Below are positions 28,525-42,167 of a stretch of DNA of 64,000 nucleotides, piece after piece. The stretch lies in assembly GCF_026210795.1 (NCBI RefSeq), contig NC_089432.1, forward strand, positions 2,294,001 through 2,358,000. The letters run 5' to 3'. This DNA is from Rhizophagus irregularis. Taxonomy: Eukaryota. Numbering within the stretch: the stretch's first letter is position 1; each line of letters begins with the position of its first letter. Both the position numbers and the translations under genes were made by a program. Below the pieces are notes generated by a model that saw only the letters and a program-made list of their open reading frames with translations, was not told where the DNA came from and did no database searches.

Positions 28525-31500
28525 TTAATTTACTTTACATGAATTATTCATTTCCTTTTTAGACATTTTTAATTTATCTTGAGCATCTTGATTTCCTTGT
28601 TCAGCAGATTTTTTGTACCAATAAATTGCTTTATCCATATCTACAGCAATTTCTTCTCCATTTTCATACATCAAAGCCAAATGAAATTGAGCTATATTAT
28701 TTCCTAAAAGTGCTGCCTTTTGATATAATTCAAATGCCTTTTGTTTATCAATATGAGTTCCAATTCCATTTATATAACAATATCCCAAATTACTTATTCC
28801 AGTTGCATATCCTAAATCTGCCGACTTTTGATACAATTCAAATGCCATATTCTTGTCAATATAAACTCCAATTCCTTTTTCATAGCAATATCCTAAATTA
28901 CATATTCCAATTGCATTTTTTAAATCTGCAGCTTTTTGATATAATTGAAATGCTTTATAATTATTAATATTAGTTCCAATTCCACTCATATAACAATTAC
29001 CTAAACTAACTATCCCAGATGCATTTTCTAAATCCGCAGCTTTTTTATATAAATCAGATGCTTTATATTTATTAATATTAGTTCCAATTCCACCCATATA
29101 ACAATTACCTAAACTAACTATTCCAGATGCATTTTCTAAATCTGCAGCTTTTTGATATAATTTAAATGCTTTTTTTACATTAATATTAGTTCCAATGCCA
29201 TTTTTATAACAATTTCCTAAATTATTTATTGCAAATACATTTCCTAAATCAGCTGCTTTTTGGTATAATTCAAATGCCTTTTTCTTATCAATTTTGATTC
29301 CAATTCCATTTTTATAACAATTTCCTAAATTATATATTCCCAATGCATCTCCTGAATCTGCTAATTTTTGATATAATTCAAATGCTTTTTGTTTATCAAT
29401 ATCAGCTCCAGTTCCATTATCATAATAATATCCTAAATGATTTATTCCAAATACTTCTTCTATATCTTCTACACTTTGATTTATTACTAATTCAAATATC
29501 TTATGTTTATTAATATCAGCTTCAATTCTATTGTCATAATTATTTTCTAATTCATTTATTTCGGATGTATATTCTAATTCTACTGCCTTTTGATATAATT
29601 CAAATGCCTTTTTCTTATCAACATCTGTTCCAATTCCTTTTTCATAGCAATTTCCCAAATTATATATTCCAGATATATTTTTTAAATTAGCTGCTTTTTG
29701 ATATAATTCAAATGCTTTTTTTATATTGATAACAGTTCCAATTCCAATAGTATAACAATATCCTAAATTATTTATTCCAGATGAATTTTCTGAATTTGCT
29801 GCCTTTTGATATAATTCAAATGCCTTTTGTTCATCAATATCAGTTCCAATTCCATTTTGATAAAAATATGCTAAAATATTTATTGCAATCACTTCTCCCA
29901 AATCTACTACTTTTTGATATAATTCAAATGCCTTTTTCTTGTCAATATCAGTTCCAATTCCTTTTTCATAGCAATTTCCCAAATTATATATTCCAGATAT
30001 ATTTTTTAGATCAGCTGCCTTTTGATATAGTTCAATTGCTTTTTTATAATCAATATCAGTTCCAATTCCATTACTATAACAAAATCCTAAATTATTCATT
30101 CCAGATGCATCTCCTAAATCTGCTGACTTTTGATATAATTCAAATGCCTTTTGATAATCAATATCAGTTCCAATTCCTTTTTCATAGCAATTTCCCAAAC
30201 TATACATTCCAGAAGCATTTTCTAAATCTGCTGACTTTTGATATAATCCAAATGCCTTTTGATAATTAATCTTAATTTCAATTCCACATTGATAACAATA
30301 TCCTAAATTATTCATTCCAGATGAATTTCCTAAATCTGCTGCCTTTTGATATAATTCAAATGCTTTTTTCTTATTAATAGTAGTTCCAATTCCAATGGTA
30401 TAGCAATATCCTAAACCATTTATTGCAAATATATTTCCTAAATTCGCTGCTTTTTGATATAATTCAAATGCCTTCGTTTTGTCAATATTAGTTCCAATTC
30501 CGTTTTCATAACAATATCCTAGATTATATATTCCAGATGTATTTCCCAAATCTGCTGCTTTTTGATATAATTCAAATGCTTTTTGTTTATCAACATTGAT
30601 TCCAATTCCTAAACAATTAAATTTTCCATGTAAAACAATAGAATTAGAGTCATTGGGATTATTTAGTAATAAATTATAAATTCTTTGCAAAGTCATATTA
30701 TAATTATTAAAATAATTTAGTACTTTTTGTTTTCCTACTTCATCATAATCATTATCAAGTAAATTAATTACATCATTAATTACTATATTGTTAAAGCTAT
30801 TCTCAAATTGGCCATTTGATGACATTGAAGTTTCTATTTCTTTTGTATCCATAATATCAAAATTTTGAATAACTTGAGATAAACTTCCATGTAATAATGA
30901 ATTAATAACATTTTTAGAAATTTTAACATCTAAATTAGGTTGATGGTTATTTGATGATTGGATACTTTTATTATTATTATATAGATGAAAATCTTCAATA
31001 ATTATATTTTCTTTTATCATAATTTCTTTTAATCTATCAACTACTTGATTGATAGTTGGACGACTATCAGGTTCAATATTCCAACAATCTACAAAAAAAA
31101 AAAATCTTAATTGTTTTGACAACCTTCCTCCATTATTTATAAATCATAACTTGAATTGTATTTACCAGTATAAAGTTTTATATATTCTACGGGTGTACCA
31201 TGAATGGGTGTCTCTCTAAGGTTTTCTAAAATACTTAAAGCCAAACCAATATCATATGGTTTACCATGAAAAGGAGGTCGACCACTAGATATTTCCCATA
31301 ACAACACACCAATGCTATAAACGTCACTCTTCTCATTTGATGAGTATACTTTCGTTTTTTTGTCATTGCTATTTCTTTCTCTATTAAATATTTTTGGATC
31401 TATATAAGGGACCATTCCAAAAACTTTTGATTGAAGGTTGGATGATTCGTCAATCCTTTTTGACAGTCCAAAATCAGCTAATTTAATAGTATTTTGATGG

Positions 31501-32206
31501 ACTAGTACATTTTTTGAGTGCTGTTATTAAGAAAATAGTCATTATAAATTAATAATTTAAAATAATCAAAATATAATAGAAATTTACCAAATCACGATGT
31601 AAAATTCCTTCACCATGTAAGCATGATACCGCATAGACCAGTTGAAATGCAAGAATCAACTTGTCGTTCCAAGTTAGATTTTTAAAATTTTCTTTCAAAT
31701 AATTTCGGAGGGTACCATTGTTAGCATATTCCAATACTAATATATACTTTTTTCTTTGGTTTTCTTTTTAAAAAGAAAAGATTTAAATAATTCATCGCTA
31801 TATAATAAATAAAATAATACTAATACTTAAAATACCTTTACTGGAGGTTGTGACACCGTAGAAACGGATAACATTATCATGAAAATCAACTTCGCGCTGA
31901 AGTTGAATCTAGACAATAAATAAAATTATATATCAGAAGTGTGCGATAATGTTTTATATTTTATATTATAATTACCTCTCGAACAATTTCTTTAACTGTA
32001 GCATCATCAAAAGTAGAAAATGATTTTAATGCATAACGCTTATGAGATTTCTTCCAATTTGCACATTGAACCTTTCCAAAACCTCCAGAACCAATTTCTT
32101 TAAAATTATAAAATTGTTCAAATTCATAATATTTAATATATTTTTTAGAAACAGCTTCTTCGATCCAATTAATCCATTCATTTGAATTGTTATTTTTATT
32201 AGACAT
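28525..32206 (-). CDS. TKL-like protein kinase + 19 Sel1-like repeats (one degenerate); exons ~32206-31976, 31908-31836, 31763-31588, 31520-31166, 31088-28525
   Basis: Core kinase motifs present (HRDL|HSKN, ADFG); close paralog of 23421..26772. Confidence 0.9.
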
Positions 32207-33058
32207 CGTTGAGTAAATAAAAATTCTTACTGCGGTTATCGCTTTCCTAAAATTAGAAAAAAAAAAAATTACAGAGTATTTTCCTTAACTATTTATAAAT
32301 TAAATTTGTATCACCAAAATGTTTTCACCAAAACTCCGAAGGTAACTGTTGATCATGTTGATCATGTTGATTATTTCGCTTCTAAATTTAGAATTCGACT
32401 CCTAATTGTCCACGTGACCACTGATTTTATTTTAATGATACTAACAAATATACTAAGAGATTTGATAATTCGTGAATAAAATAACTTTCAAAGACGAATA
32501 TTTTTCAAGAAAAAAGATGAAACATTTATCTGATCCAAAAGATATACTTGATATTCCGGTAATGATTTTTTTTTTTTTGATGAAAATTATGAAAATTAAA
32601 GGTTTCCTTTAACATAATTTATTTATTCTTAAAAATACGAAATATTAATTAAGAAAAAAAATGTGTAATAATAAAAAAAAAAATATTACTATATAAATTG
32701 CTAACATTTAGATGATATAAAATCACCTGCCGACAGGACATTTTCCGATAGCCTAACGCTGGGCGTTTGATCACGTGTTCATGCATAACTCTGCATAACT
32801 CTGGCCAAACTTTTCGGAAAATCGTGCCGTAGTCAGCCTTACAAGAGTTTAGTCCATGTGGCATAAAATCACAGAGTGCAAATTAATTATCTAATTTACA
32901 TAATCCATAATTCCAATACAAACGCATATAAATATGAATATTTTGTTAAAAATAAAATATCATTAGCAAACTAAAGATTATATTAATCGCAAGAATTAAA
33001 GTAATAATAATATATATTTAAATTTAACTAATGACTATTTCTTATTTGATTAATTTAA

Positions 33059-33576
33059 TTGCCAATCCGTCTAAAATCAGCACTGCGTTACTAATAAAAT
33101 TCGGGGATATTAACGATAATAAAAAAACCCGTTTTTTACATCTCACGCGCGGGATAAACTTTTACCCATTTCACCCATTTCACAAATAAAAGTACCTTCA
33201 ATTTTTTACTAGTTCTATAAAGAAAAATATTTAAAAAAAAGTCTTTAAAAAAAGCTTAGAAAGCCAAAAAATATATGTTTGTAATGTAAATAACATAATA
33301 TAGTAAAATAAAATATTGAAATTTCTTACATTTTAAGGTGTAAATCTGACGCGCGTACATAGTAAACTTATTATTTTGCATATGAACGTAAAATTTTTTT
33401 TTGCAAATTCTTTTTTTTTCAAGTATTTTTTCAGTATATCATATGACTTTTATTTATAGTTAATATGTCGTCTATGAAAATATCCTTTTCTGAAGGATTG
33501 TGTTCTAGCACAAAATCGGCAAATTTAACCCCGAATTTTATTAGTAACGCAGTGCCGTTCTTAGACGAATCGGCAA
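33059..33576. mobile_element. Non-autonomous TIR element (~50-bp TIRs, TTAA-flanked)
   Basis: ttgccaatccgtctaaaatcagcactgcgttactaataaaattcgggg ... ccccgaattttattagtaacgcagtgccgttcttagacgaatcggcaa. Confidence 0.75.
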
Positions 33577-34659
33577 TTAATAATGATAGTGTGAAGCGAC
33601 GGACTATATATTTACGAAGATCATTAAGGTGCTGCACAAAATAATTAACAAAACTATGTCAATAAAATTATTTATTTTTTCGTGCCACATAATTTTTTTT
33701 TAAAAAATAAATAACCATTACATTCGAATTTCCCAATAAATTTCAATGCTTTTTTTCATATTCGCTATCTTTTATATTTTCATGGGTCTAATTTTATTCT
33801 GGCGCTTTTTGGTTCTAAGTTTTCATCAAACATGAAGAATTACAATTGAATTTCGGCAAGTGGTCAATATCAAATAAATAATTAAAATTAACTGCATAAA
33901 TTTAGTGATGCTGATTTAATCGAAACCAAATGTTATTCAATATTTTTATAAATATCATTTATATAAATGATTAATTTGTATAAAATATATTATATATTTT
34001 TTTCTTTATTAAACATTTTGTAACATGAATACGTTTATTGAATGTGCAATTTAATACCTAGTTTAAAAATAAAAATAGTATCACTATTTTGAAGATATAA
34101 AAATACTTTGAAATATCATTTACTATTATTGTCTTTTTTTTCTTGATTTTTTACTTTGAACAAAATACTGTATCTCATTTAGTGCTTTCAAAAAAATTTC
34201 ATTTCTTTAATTCTTTTTTGTTATATCCTTTTTCAACTTTATCCGTATTCTTTAAGATATTTTCATTCTTTGGTCTATCAAACAAATAGATATTGCATAA
34301 AAATCATTCAAAATTTTTTAATATTTACGTCTAATTTAGGAAAACGGCATAAATTCTTAAGTTATAAACCTAACGAGTTTAGATCACTTGACTGAAATGT
34401 TTTTGAAGAGAAAAATTATACTAGTCAAAAAGACGAAATAATAAACAAATAAACTAGACTAATTTAGATACAGTTAATGAGCTTTAAAATATAAGTATAT
34501 TGAACCTATTTATTAGGTTATAAGTTATAGAACTAATTTTCATAATTAATCATAACCATAATTCTCTTTATGTAAAAAATAAAAAAAAATATTTCAAAAA
34601 AATATTTAAAGTAAAAAAAATGGAAATCTAAAATTTTATAAGAAAATTTTTTTTAAAAA

Positions 34660-36640
34660 TTATTCTCTTTTCGGTTTTTGATTAGAATAAGGAAAAATTA
34701 TTCTCATAAATAACTTAATTAATTTAAATGTAATCCATAAAATAATTCCATTAAATCCAAGAATGATACATAATAAAGTTACATAAACATCATAATTATT
34801 TCCTCTTATAAATCCCATTCTTTTATCGGCAGGAATCAATTCATTTAATTCTTGATTAAAAGAACCTCGATGTAAAATATATTCAATTAAATCTGCAGCC
34901 CTATATTTTCTTTTACTATTAATTTTGGCCAAAACTTTCATTCTCCCTACATTTTTCTTTATATCATTATCATTTAATAAGAAATTTATCTTGGTTATAA
35001 TATCATTAACTTCCAAATTAAATTTATTTAATGTTAATGCTACACCAGCTGATTTCAATTTTTGAGCATTACCCATCTGATCACCACCAATAGGTAATAC
35101 TAACATGGGTGTACCAGTAAAAAGGGATTCATGAATACTTCCTGCACCTCCATGACTAAAAAATAATTTCGTATTGGTATGATTAAGTACAGCAAATTGT
35201 GGTACAAAATTTGTAATACGTATATTTGGATGTTCGTTATTTAGAATTGAAGATGTTTGAACTTGCAAACCATTAGTTAAATTTAATGTAGGAGAGAAAT
35301 CATTCTTTGATGTCATAACTAATGACCAAATTACACCATCAATCATATTCTTATTAACGATTTCAATAATGGATTGTAAAATTTTGTTATTATTCTCAGT
35401 GGTTGTGAAGAAACGACCACCAAAAGCTATATATAAAACTCGATCATGTCCATTTATAAAATTCGAGAGTTCAGGTGTAAGTGGAGGATAATCTTTTGAT
35501 ATTATTGGTCCAATTTCCTAAGAAAGAATGAAAATTATTATTACAAATTGCATACATCACATTTTACTTCGCATGTTATAATATCTTCTGGTTGGTGTTT
35601 ATTACCTGAACATTTGATGGTAAAGTTTGCGGTAACTTGAACGAAAAAAAAAAAATTAAAATTCAAATAAAATAAATTTAATTTAATAAAAGAAAAATAT
35701 TACTTTACCTCAAGACCAAAGAAAGTATCAATAAAAACTAGAGAAGTTCGAAGTAATCTTCTAAAAGACATATAAACGGGTTCAATACTCATTTGATTTC
35801 TTAAATCATTTATTTGATTTAAAGGAGTATATAATAAACTAATAATATGAAGAGGTCGTATTATTGTACACTTAAATCTTTCCAAAAATGATTCATTTTC
35901 CAATGAAATATTACAATGGAACATTGGATCAGATTTATACGTTTGAGCGTCTGTTACTAAAAAAAAAAAGATTATTTTTTCAAATAAAAAAAATTAAATA
36001 GAAATCATCTTTTATAAGTAATTACCATAAAGAAAAGACATGAATCCAACAACAGGCTTCTTTAAAGAATGAGCGACATCTAAACAAGCATCATTAAACA
36101 TAGTATAACAAATAAATAAATCAATATTATTATCAATTGCAGTATCTTTATATATTTCGAATGTGCTCTTGTATGATTTTACGGTTGATTCAAATATTTT
36201 TGATATCAATATATAATCAAATTCTGCTTGTATAAGTCGTGCAGAATCTCCTGTATTTTTAACGGTCAATGGGGGTCCCAATGAAATCTGTTTAATGGTT
36301 GGATATTCTGACGCTGGCGTATAATTTCCTGATGATAACATTATTACCTATGTATAAAGTATAAAATATAGTGAGATAAAATAACAATTTTGAAAATTAT
36401 ATATTTTTATTTACTCACATTGTGACCTCTTTCAATTAATACAGCAGCAATATCTAACATTGGTTTAAGATGACTTCTCCCACCAGTATAAGAGCCTACC
36501 AAAATATTTTTAGGTGAGAGATTTATATCTAAATTTGTAGGAATATAATTTCGTGTCGCTATAATAACATTGATATGTAAGATAAGATTTAATAAGAATA
36601 ACGATAATAAGAAAGTAAAAATTTTTTTATTCATTTTCAT
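34660..36640 (-). CDS. UDP-glycosyltransferase (CAZy GT1, UGT-like), 559 aa; exons 36640-36419, 36347-36026, 35956-35709, 35635-35606, 35517-34660
   Basis: Exons total 1680 nt in frame; N-terminal hydrophobic signal, GGRSHL, UGT signature FVPQFAVLNH..LFFSHGGAGSIHES..GTPMLVLPIGGDQ, C-terminal TM helix and KPKRE tail. Confidence 0.9.
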
Positions 36641-37291
36641 TTTGGAATTAACTTGATTGATACGATACTTCAAAGTCTCTTTATTTAATAATTATGTGTT
36701 ATTAAGGTAAAATTATTTACCGAATAATCGTACACAGTTATTACATAATTTCTCATTGGAACGGTACGGTTGAGTAATTTTTCCATTTATTCTTTATCTT
36801 TAGACTAAAAATGATCAATATCTAAATATGGCTAATTTACGAAATTAAAAGAGGTGATTTTCACTCGCATGATTATAATTTTTTTTTTTTCCTTTCAATA
36901 TTCACCATTAAAAATAACTTTGGAAATAAGATATTACAAAATGATAAAAAAGGCTACCAAAAGGGGAGGGCGGAAATAAATAAAAAACAATAATAAAAAA
37001 TTTCTTAACTATAACTGTTTATACAGGTTGAAACTGGTTTTTTTTATTAAGTTTCATTTTTTTTTCCTTAACGTAAAGTAAAACGTAAAGTAAAATTTTT
37101 TTAATTGATCTGCAGATTCACCTGATCGTGTATGATGATCACAAAAGGTATTAATAATCGGTTTTAGTTACCCTATGATATTAAATGTTTAAAAATATTA
37201 AAAATCTTAATAAAAAAAGTGAAAATATTATATTATAGGAATTCCGGGCCGGGTTCAAAATATGGCTAAATACGCCAAATACAGGTCCATC

Positions 37292-37323
37292 CCAAATAAT
37301 TTAGTACTTTTATGGAAAACAAG
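37292..37323 (+). repeat. 32-bp direct repeat; second copy at 40701..40732
   Basis: ccaaataatttagtacttttat(g/a)gaaaacaag, one mismatch. Confidence 0.8.
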
Positions 37324-38485
37324 TATCAAAATTATGACCAGTGTTTTACCGATATATATTTTTACTATTGATCTTGTATATACTGTCGAAACTACACAAG
37401 ATTTTAAATAATCAACTATATTGTACCAGGGTAGAGTATAATGTATTAAATTCTAATATTAAATTCGAAAAATAATCGGAAAATTTAGCGTGACTGTCCC
37501 AAATATTTCTGATTATATAATCGATTCAAAATTTACAGGTATGTAATACAAGCGAAAAAAATAGCCATGGAACTCACTTCAAGGTTAATGATATCATAAC
37601 CACATTTAGTAAAGTGCTCGTAAGAACAAATCGGCTTTGATCATGTACATTAATAATATTCTGATCGTGTACACCAATGCAGATAATTTACAAATGAACC
37701 CTTAATTCGTGATCGGTAAATTGGATTGACAATAAAGATCCTTGCTTTGGCAACGATCACTGTGGAATCTTTGACTATATCAAGGAGCAAACTAATTATT
37801 ATTGGCGAAGTGTGTGAATTTTTTTCACTCAGCCACATTATTTCGGGCAAATTTACATTTTTGTAAAGATTTTGCTGATCTTTGATAATTGTACTAACAA
37901 TGCGAGTGGTTGGGCTTTGAGGGAGGTTGATATACAGTAAATCTTTTATATAGAGTCATCATCTTAACTGAAGCAACGAATTAGCGAGCTTAAAGCTGAT
38001 TATGGTTGAAAATGTAAAGTTATAAAAGAGAATGTCGAATTCAAGAAAAGAATCGAGGAGATAAAAAAAAATGGAATTAGTAATACTGCAGTCAAGAAGT
38101 GTGAGATTAAAAGTTATTAAACTGGAATAAGAAATGGGGCTTCTGAGAAGTAAACACGGGATGCCGATCTGTTCATCCTAACTGCAAAATAGATATCTGC
38201 TGAAGCTAGCGTCTGTGATACAAACGCTAAGCGCTCCTGTTTGATCATCTACTCTACCACCAATCATTTTGATAACCGAAATTAGATTTGCAAATTATTA
38301 TTTTTTTTTCTTGAAGCAGATTCAGAATTGTTAGACGAATTACATCAAATAATTACGAATTATAATTCAACTTCAGCGACATCATTGTGTATATATAGAG
38401 GTGCAATCTTATCAAATTCTCATTATTTTTACATAAACAAATCTCAAAAAATCTGACAAAATAAAATACTAAAGAATCATTAATC

Positions 38486-38659
38486 ATGAAACCAACATTT
38501 TTTCTCGCAATCTTTTTGGCACTTATTGTTATTATTCAAGCATCTCCTGTAAACCTTATTAAAAGAGAGGAATCTTCAGAGACACCAAAAGAGGGAGATC
38601 CTGCAGAATCCGATAGAACTGTACCATCAGGACCAAATCCCCTCCATAATAAAAAATAG
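38486..38659 (+). CDS. CLE1: Secreted CLE (CLAVATA3/ESR)-like peptide precursor, 57 aa: MKPTFFLAIFLALIVIIQASPVNLIKREESSETPKEGDPAESDRTVPSGPNPLHNKK
   Basis: Hand translation (absent from the ORF track). Signal peptide, KR site, C-terminal dodecamer RTVPSGPNPLHN (38615-38650); TATA-like gtatatatag ~95 bp upstream. Confidence 0.92.
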   Translation: MKPTFFLAIFLALIVIIQASPVNLIKREESSETPKEGDPAESDRTVPSGPNPLHNKK

Positions 38660-40209
38660 GATGTTGCAGTACGTTAAGTCCCTAGTTTAAAGACCTATAA
38701 TCTACTTCCTTTTTTTTCTTTTCTTTACTGATAATGTTGAACTTTTCCCTATAGGGTTAAATTACGATAATAGGTTGGGTCATTTGATATAAGACTTTTA
38801 CAAGAATTTGCATGTATTTTTATTTATCAAACTCATATACTTTTTCTCCATTTACAATCACCTTTTTTTTTTATCATATTTGTGTGAAAAATCAAATTTA
38901 TTTGACAAATAGATAGTTTAAATCTCGATCACAATATTTTATTTCATATAACCTTTTTTTTTTGATTAATTTAGCATTTCATCTTGATTTATATATTCAA
39001 AACATAAATTCTTTTACATAAAAAAATGAAGAACAAATAAACTCTTATTTTTTTTTTCTATTTCATTTATGCGAGATTTATATATAAAGGTTAAATAAAT
39101 AACTTTTTTAAAAAAAATTTTCTTGTCTATAATACATTTTTGATCGATTGTATCACGTGTTTGCAGATTTTTCGTCGTGAAATCCAATAATTTAAAAATT
39201 TTTTATTTGTTATATATTAAACTTCATGTTATTAAGTTTAAAAAAATATATATATTTTTTTCCGCATGTCAAGTTGATTTTCCTGAAAGGAAATCATTTT
39301 TTCACATGGTTTTTCGTTAATATCAGGTTTTAAAAAAAATATTTAAATAACTTGTTGGATATTTGTTTATTACCTTAAATATTTAAATAACGTTATTTTT
39401 ACATGAAATGTAAAAAAAAAATTCTTTTTTATCGTAAAGAAAATACTTTTGACTGTAAAAAATTAACGGGAACCGTTGTTAAAGATTATTATGTAACGGC
39501 AGCGATATTATGTCTTTTGTATCACCTTTGCGTAGAAATATAATTGTCTTTTTACACTCCAGACTAAATACTAACACTAGGATTCAAAAATCATGCCTTT
39601 AATAATACTAATATCTGTTGTACAATATTTAAACATTAAGCTAGAAGATCTATATGTTTACCATTATGCTAGTTCATCATTTTTTTTTTTATATCATATC
39701 AATCATTTAAAATCCCGCAAATCTAAAACATGCAAATATATGTATTAAGATCAATTATAAAATTCAAAGGGACTAAAAGAAAAATTCTAAAAACAATAAA
39801 ACAAAGAAATCTTGTATTTACATGTAATAACTGAAACTATTACCAGTTATAATGCACACACCTGAAACGTAAAGGGTATTACATCATCCAATATCTTGAA
39901 AAGGATGCCCTTGGCTCAAAAACTGGCAACTCTGGTTTCTACCCGCAGTTTATTGCATTAGGTAACGATGATGTAATTTATTAAATTAATAAACTCCATA
40001 TAAATAAACGTCATAAAAGAGTAAATATAAATAAGATATTTTAATTCCAAATTCAATTAAATAAACAAATATGCATTATTTTTTTTTTTGTGCTATAAAT
40101 AGTAAGGAAATGACCAAACGATATAAAAGGGACATCAACTTTGTCTCCACTCTTCATTTTTTCTAGCTGAAAAAAAACTTTTAACCACAAATTAATTATT
40201 CTAATCAAA

Positions 40210-40392
40210 ATGATTTCAAGAAAATTGTATCTCTTGACCATAATCGTCTTTATTTGCACAATATTTATAGGATTAACTCAACCCGCTCCATTGAATAAGC
40301 GTGAAGCTAATGACGATAATTCAAAAACAGCTGTAGGTTCGAATGGGATACCGCAAGCTTTACCTGGCAATAAAATGGCCAAACATCAATGA
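40210..40392 (+). CDS. Small secreted peptide precursor, 60 aa, unknown function
   Basis: Hydrophobic signal, APLNKR|EA Kex2/Ste13-type site, Gly/Pro-rich C-terminus; TATAAAT at ~40094 and aaaATG context. Confidence 0.75.
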   Translation: MISRKLYLLTIIVFICTIFIGLTQPAPLNKREANDDNSKTAVGSNGIPQALPGNKMAKHQ

Positions 40393-42167
40393 TTAGTATA
40401 AATGGTATAGTTTTTGATAATAAGTTCAAATTTTGTAATTTTGAAACTTTTGAATTAATTTTCTCGTTTTTTTTTCTTATAAACAAAAGAAAATACTTTG
40501 TCGAAATATTATTACATGATTGTCCTTTCTTAATATGTCATAATTTTTCATCCTTTTTTAATCGAAATAATAAATAAATTATCATGCTTTTAAGTAGTCT
40601 GTCACGTGTAACATCCTTTTATGTAAATCAAGAATATTACTGTATCAGGTATCTATTAAAATAGAATACGTACGAAATATGTTACATAAATTATTTATAA
40701 CCAAATAATTTAGTACTTTTATAGAAAACAAGCGCATTTGTTATTTTGTAATAATGATCAGCTTACGTTTTATATAGTATTATTCGTTTTTATTGTATTG
40801 ATATACTATTGATATCTTACAACATAAATAAATACAGTGCTGTATTTAAAGTAAAACCTAATATGTACAGTACATCTTTTAATAAGAGTAATAATTTTTT
40901 TATTAAACAAAATTTTATTGGAATTGGTATTGGCACTCTTTATTAAATTCTTCGAGAGATGGGTGATAAATGTGCTGTATCATGCTTATAAAAGCATGGT
41001 ATTTATATATTATATGTTATAATTTTGTGCTGTCATAATTAAATTGTCCTGTTTATATTTGAATAATATCACTTCAATAATTTATTAGTACATTAAATTT
41101 AGATTATTAAAGCGTTATAATAATAATTTAATTTTAAAACAAGTAATACAGACCCCGGCGAAAATAATGGCGGTCAGTCTTTTTGATATCACGAATGTAA
41201 TTTATAGTAAAATGTGAAATTTTTTTTTATTTTCTGAAAGAGGAACAGAAAATACATATATTTCATTATTTAAATAATATTTGATATGATCATCTTCCCG
41301 TGTCAATAAATGCTTTAATTAAGTATTGCGTACTATTCGCACTCTTAACCAGCGTTATTTTATTATGATATTTTAATATTTTCTTAGCTTTCTCGCCATC
41401 CAGAGGTCAGATTGAGACAAATTTACCACCATTGGATTCCTCTTGACTATGTGGTTCGAATGGTGGTCTAAAAATTACTGTATAGCATCTGTGTAATGTG
41501 ATAGTTCAAGTATAATAGTGAGTATTATGAATTTTTATGTTGTATAAAGATAAAAGCAATATAAAAGCTCAATAATATAATAAAAGACCATTATTTAAAT
41601 CTCATAATTGCAAGAAATCTAATAGTTGTAATTTTTTTTCAATACAAGCTTTGGTTGATGAGAAAATGAAGTTTAAACTTTTTATTTCAAACTTTCATAC
41701 CAAATCCAAAAAATTATTAGTAGTATTTCTCTGTGATAATGTGATATAACAAAATGCAATTATAATATTTGGCAGTTAAAAGTAAGTGGTTTTTTTTAAA
41801 AAAAAAATTGGAATTTATTATTATGTAGGATTTTGAGCATTTTAAAAAAATTCATAGCAAATTATTATGCTCTGATTCCTATTAAATTTATAACTTCTTG
41901 GTTTTTTAGAAGGTAAAATAGGCGTAAAAACAATAATAAATCTTCATTTTTTTTTATTGCTTTTTAAAATAGTGTTCTAAAAATCCGTTGGGCATTACAA
42001 GTTTTAATTTAAATAGGAAAATTCTGATCTCATATCCAAAATAACAAATGATATTTGCACCGCCATTCTATTCACCAGGGACTGTATATGTATGTCTATT
42101 TTTATAACGGAAAAATAAAATTTAGAATTTTCATATATTTAATATCGGTAGATTAAATAATTAAGCT

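Noticed and set aside
17553..30269. Antisense ORFs over Sel1 arrays (17553, 28626, 29781; also 9783, 45267)
   Set aside because: Shadow frames of the 108-bp coding repeats
37650..38130. ORF 37650..37850 and a coiled-coil-like remnant upstream of the CLE gene
   Set aside because: Short, non-ATG or frameshifted and unassignable; probably repeat debris
41400..41470. tRNA-like GGTTCGAAT B-box
   Set aside because: No cloverleaf or acceptor stem; likely part of a repeat
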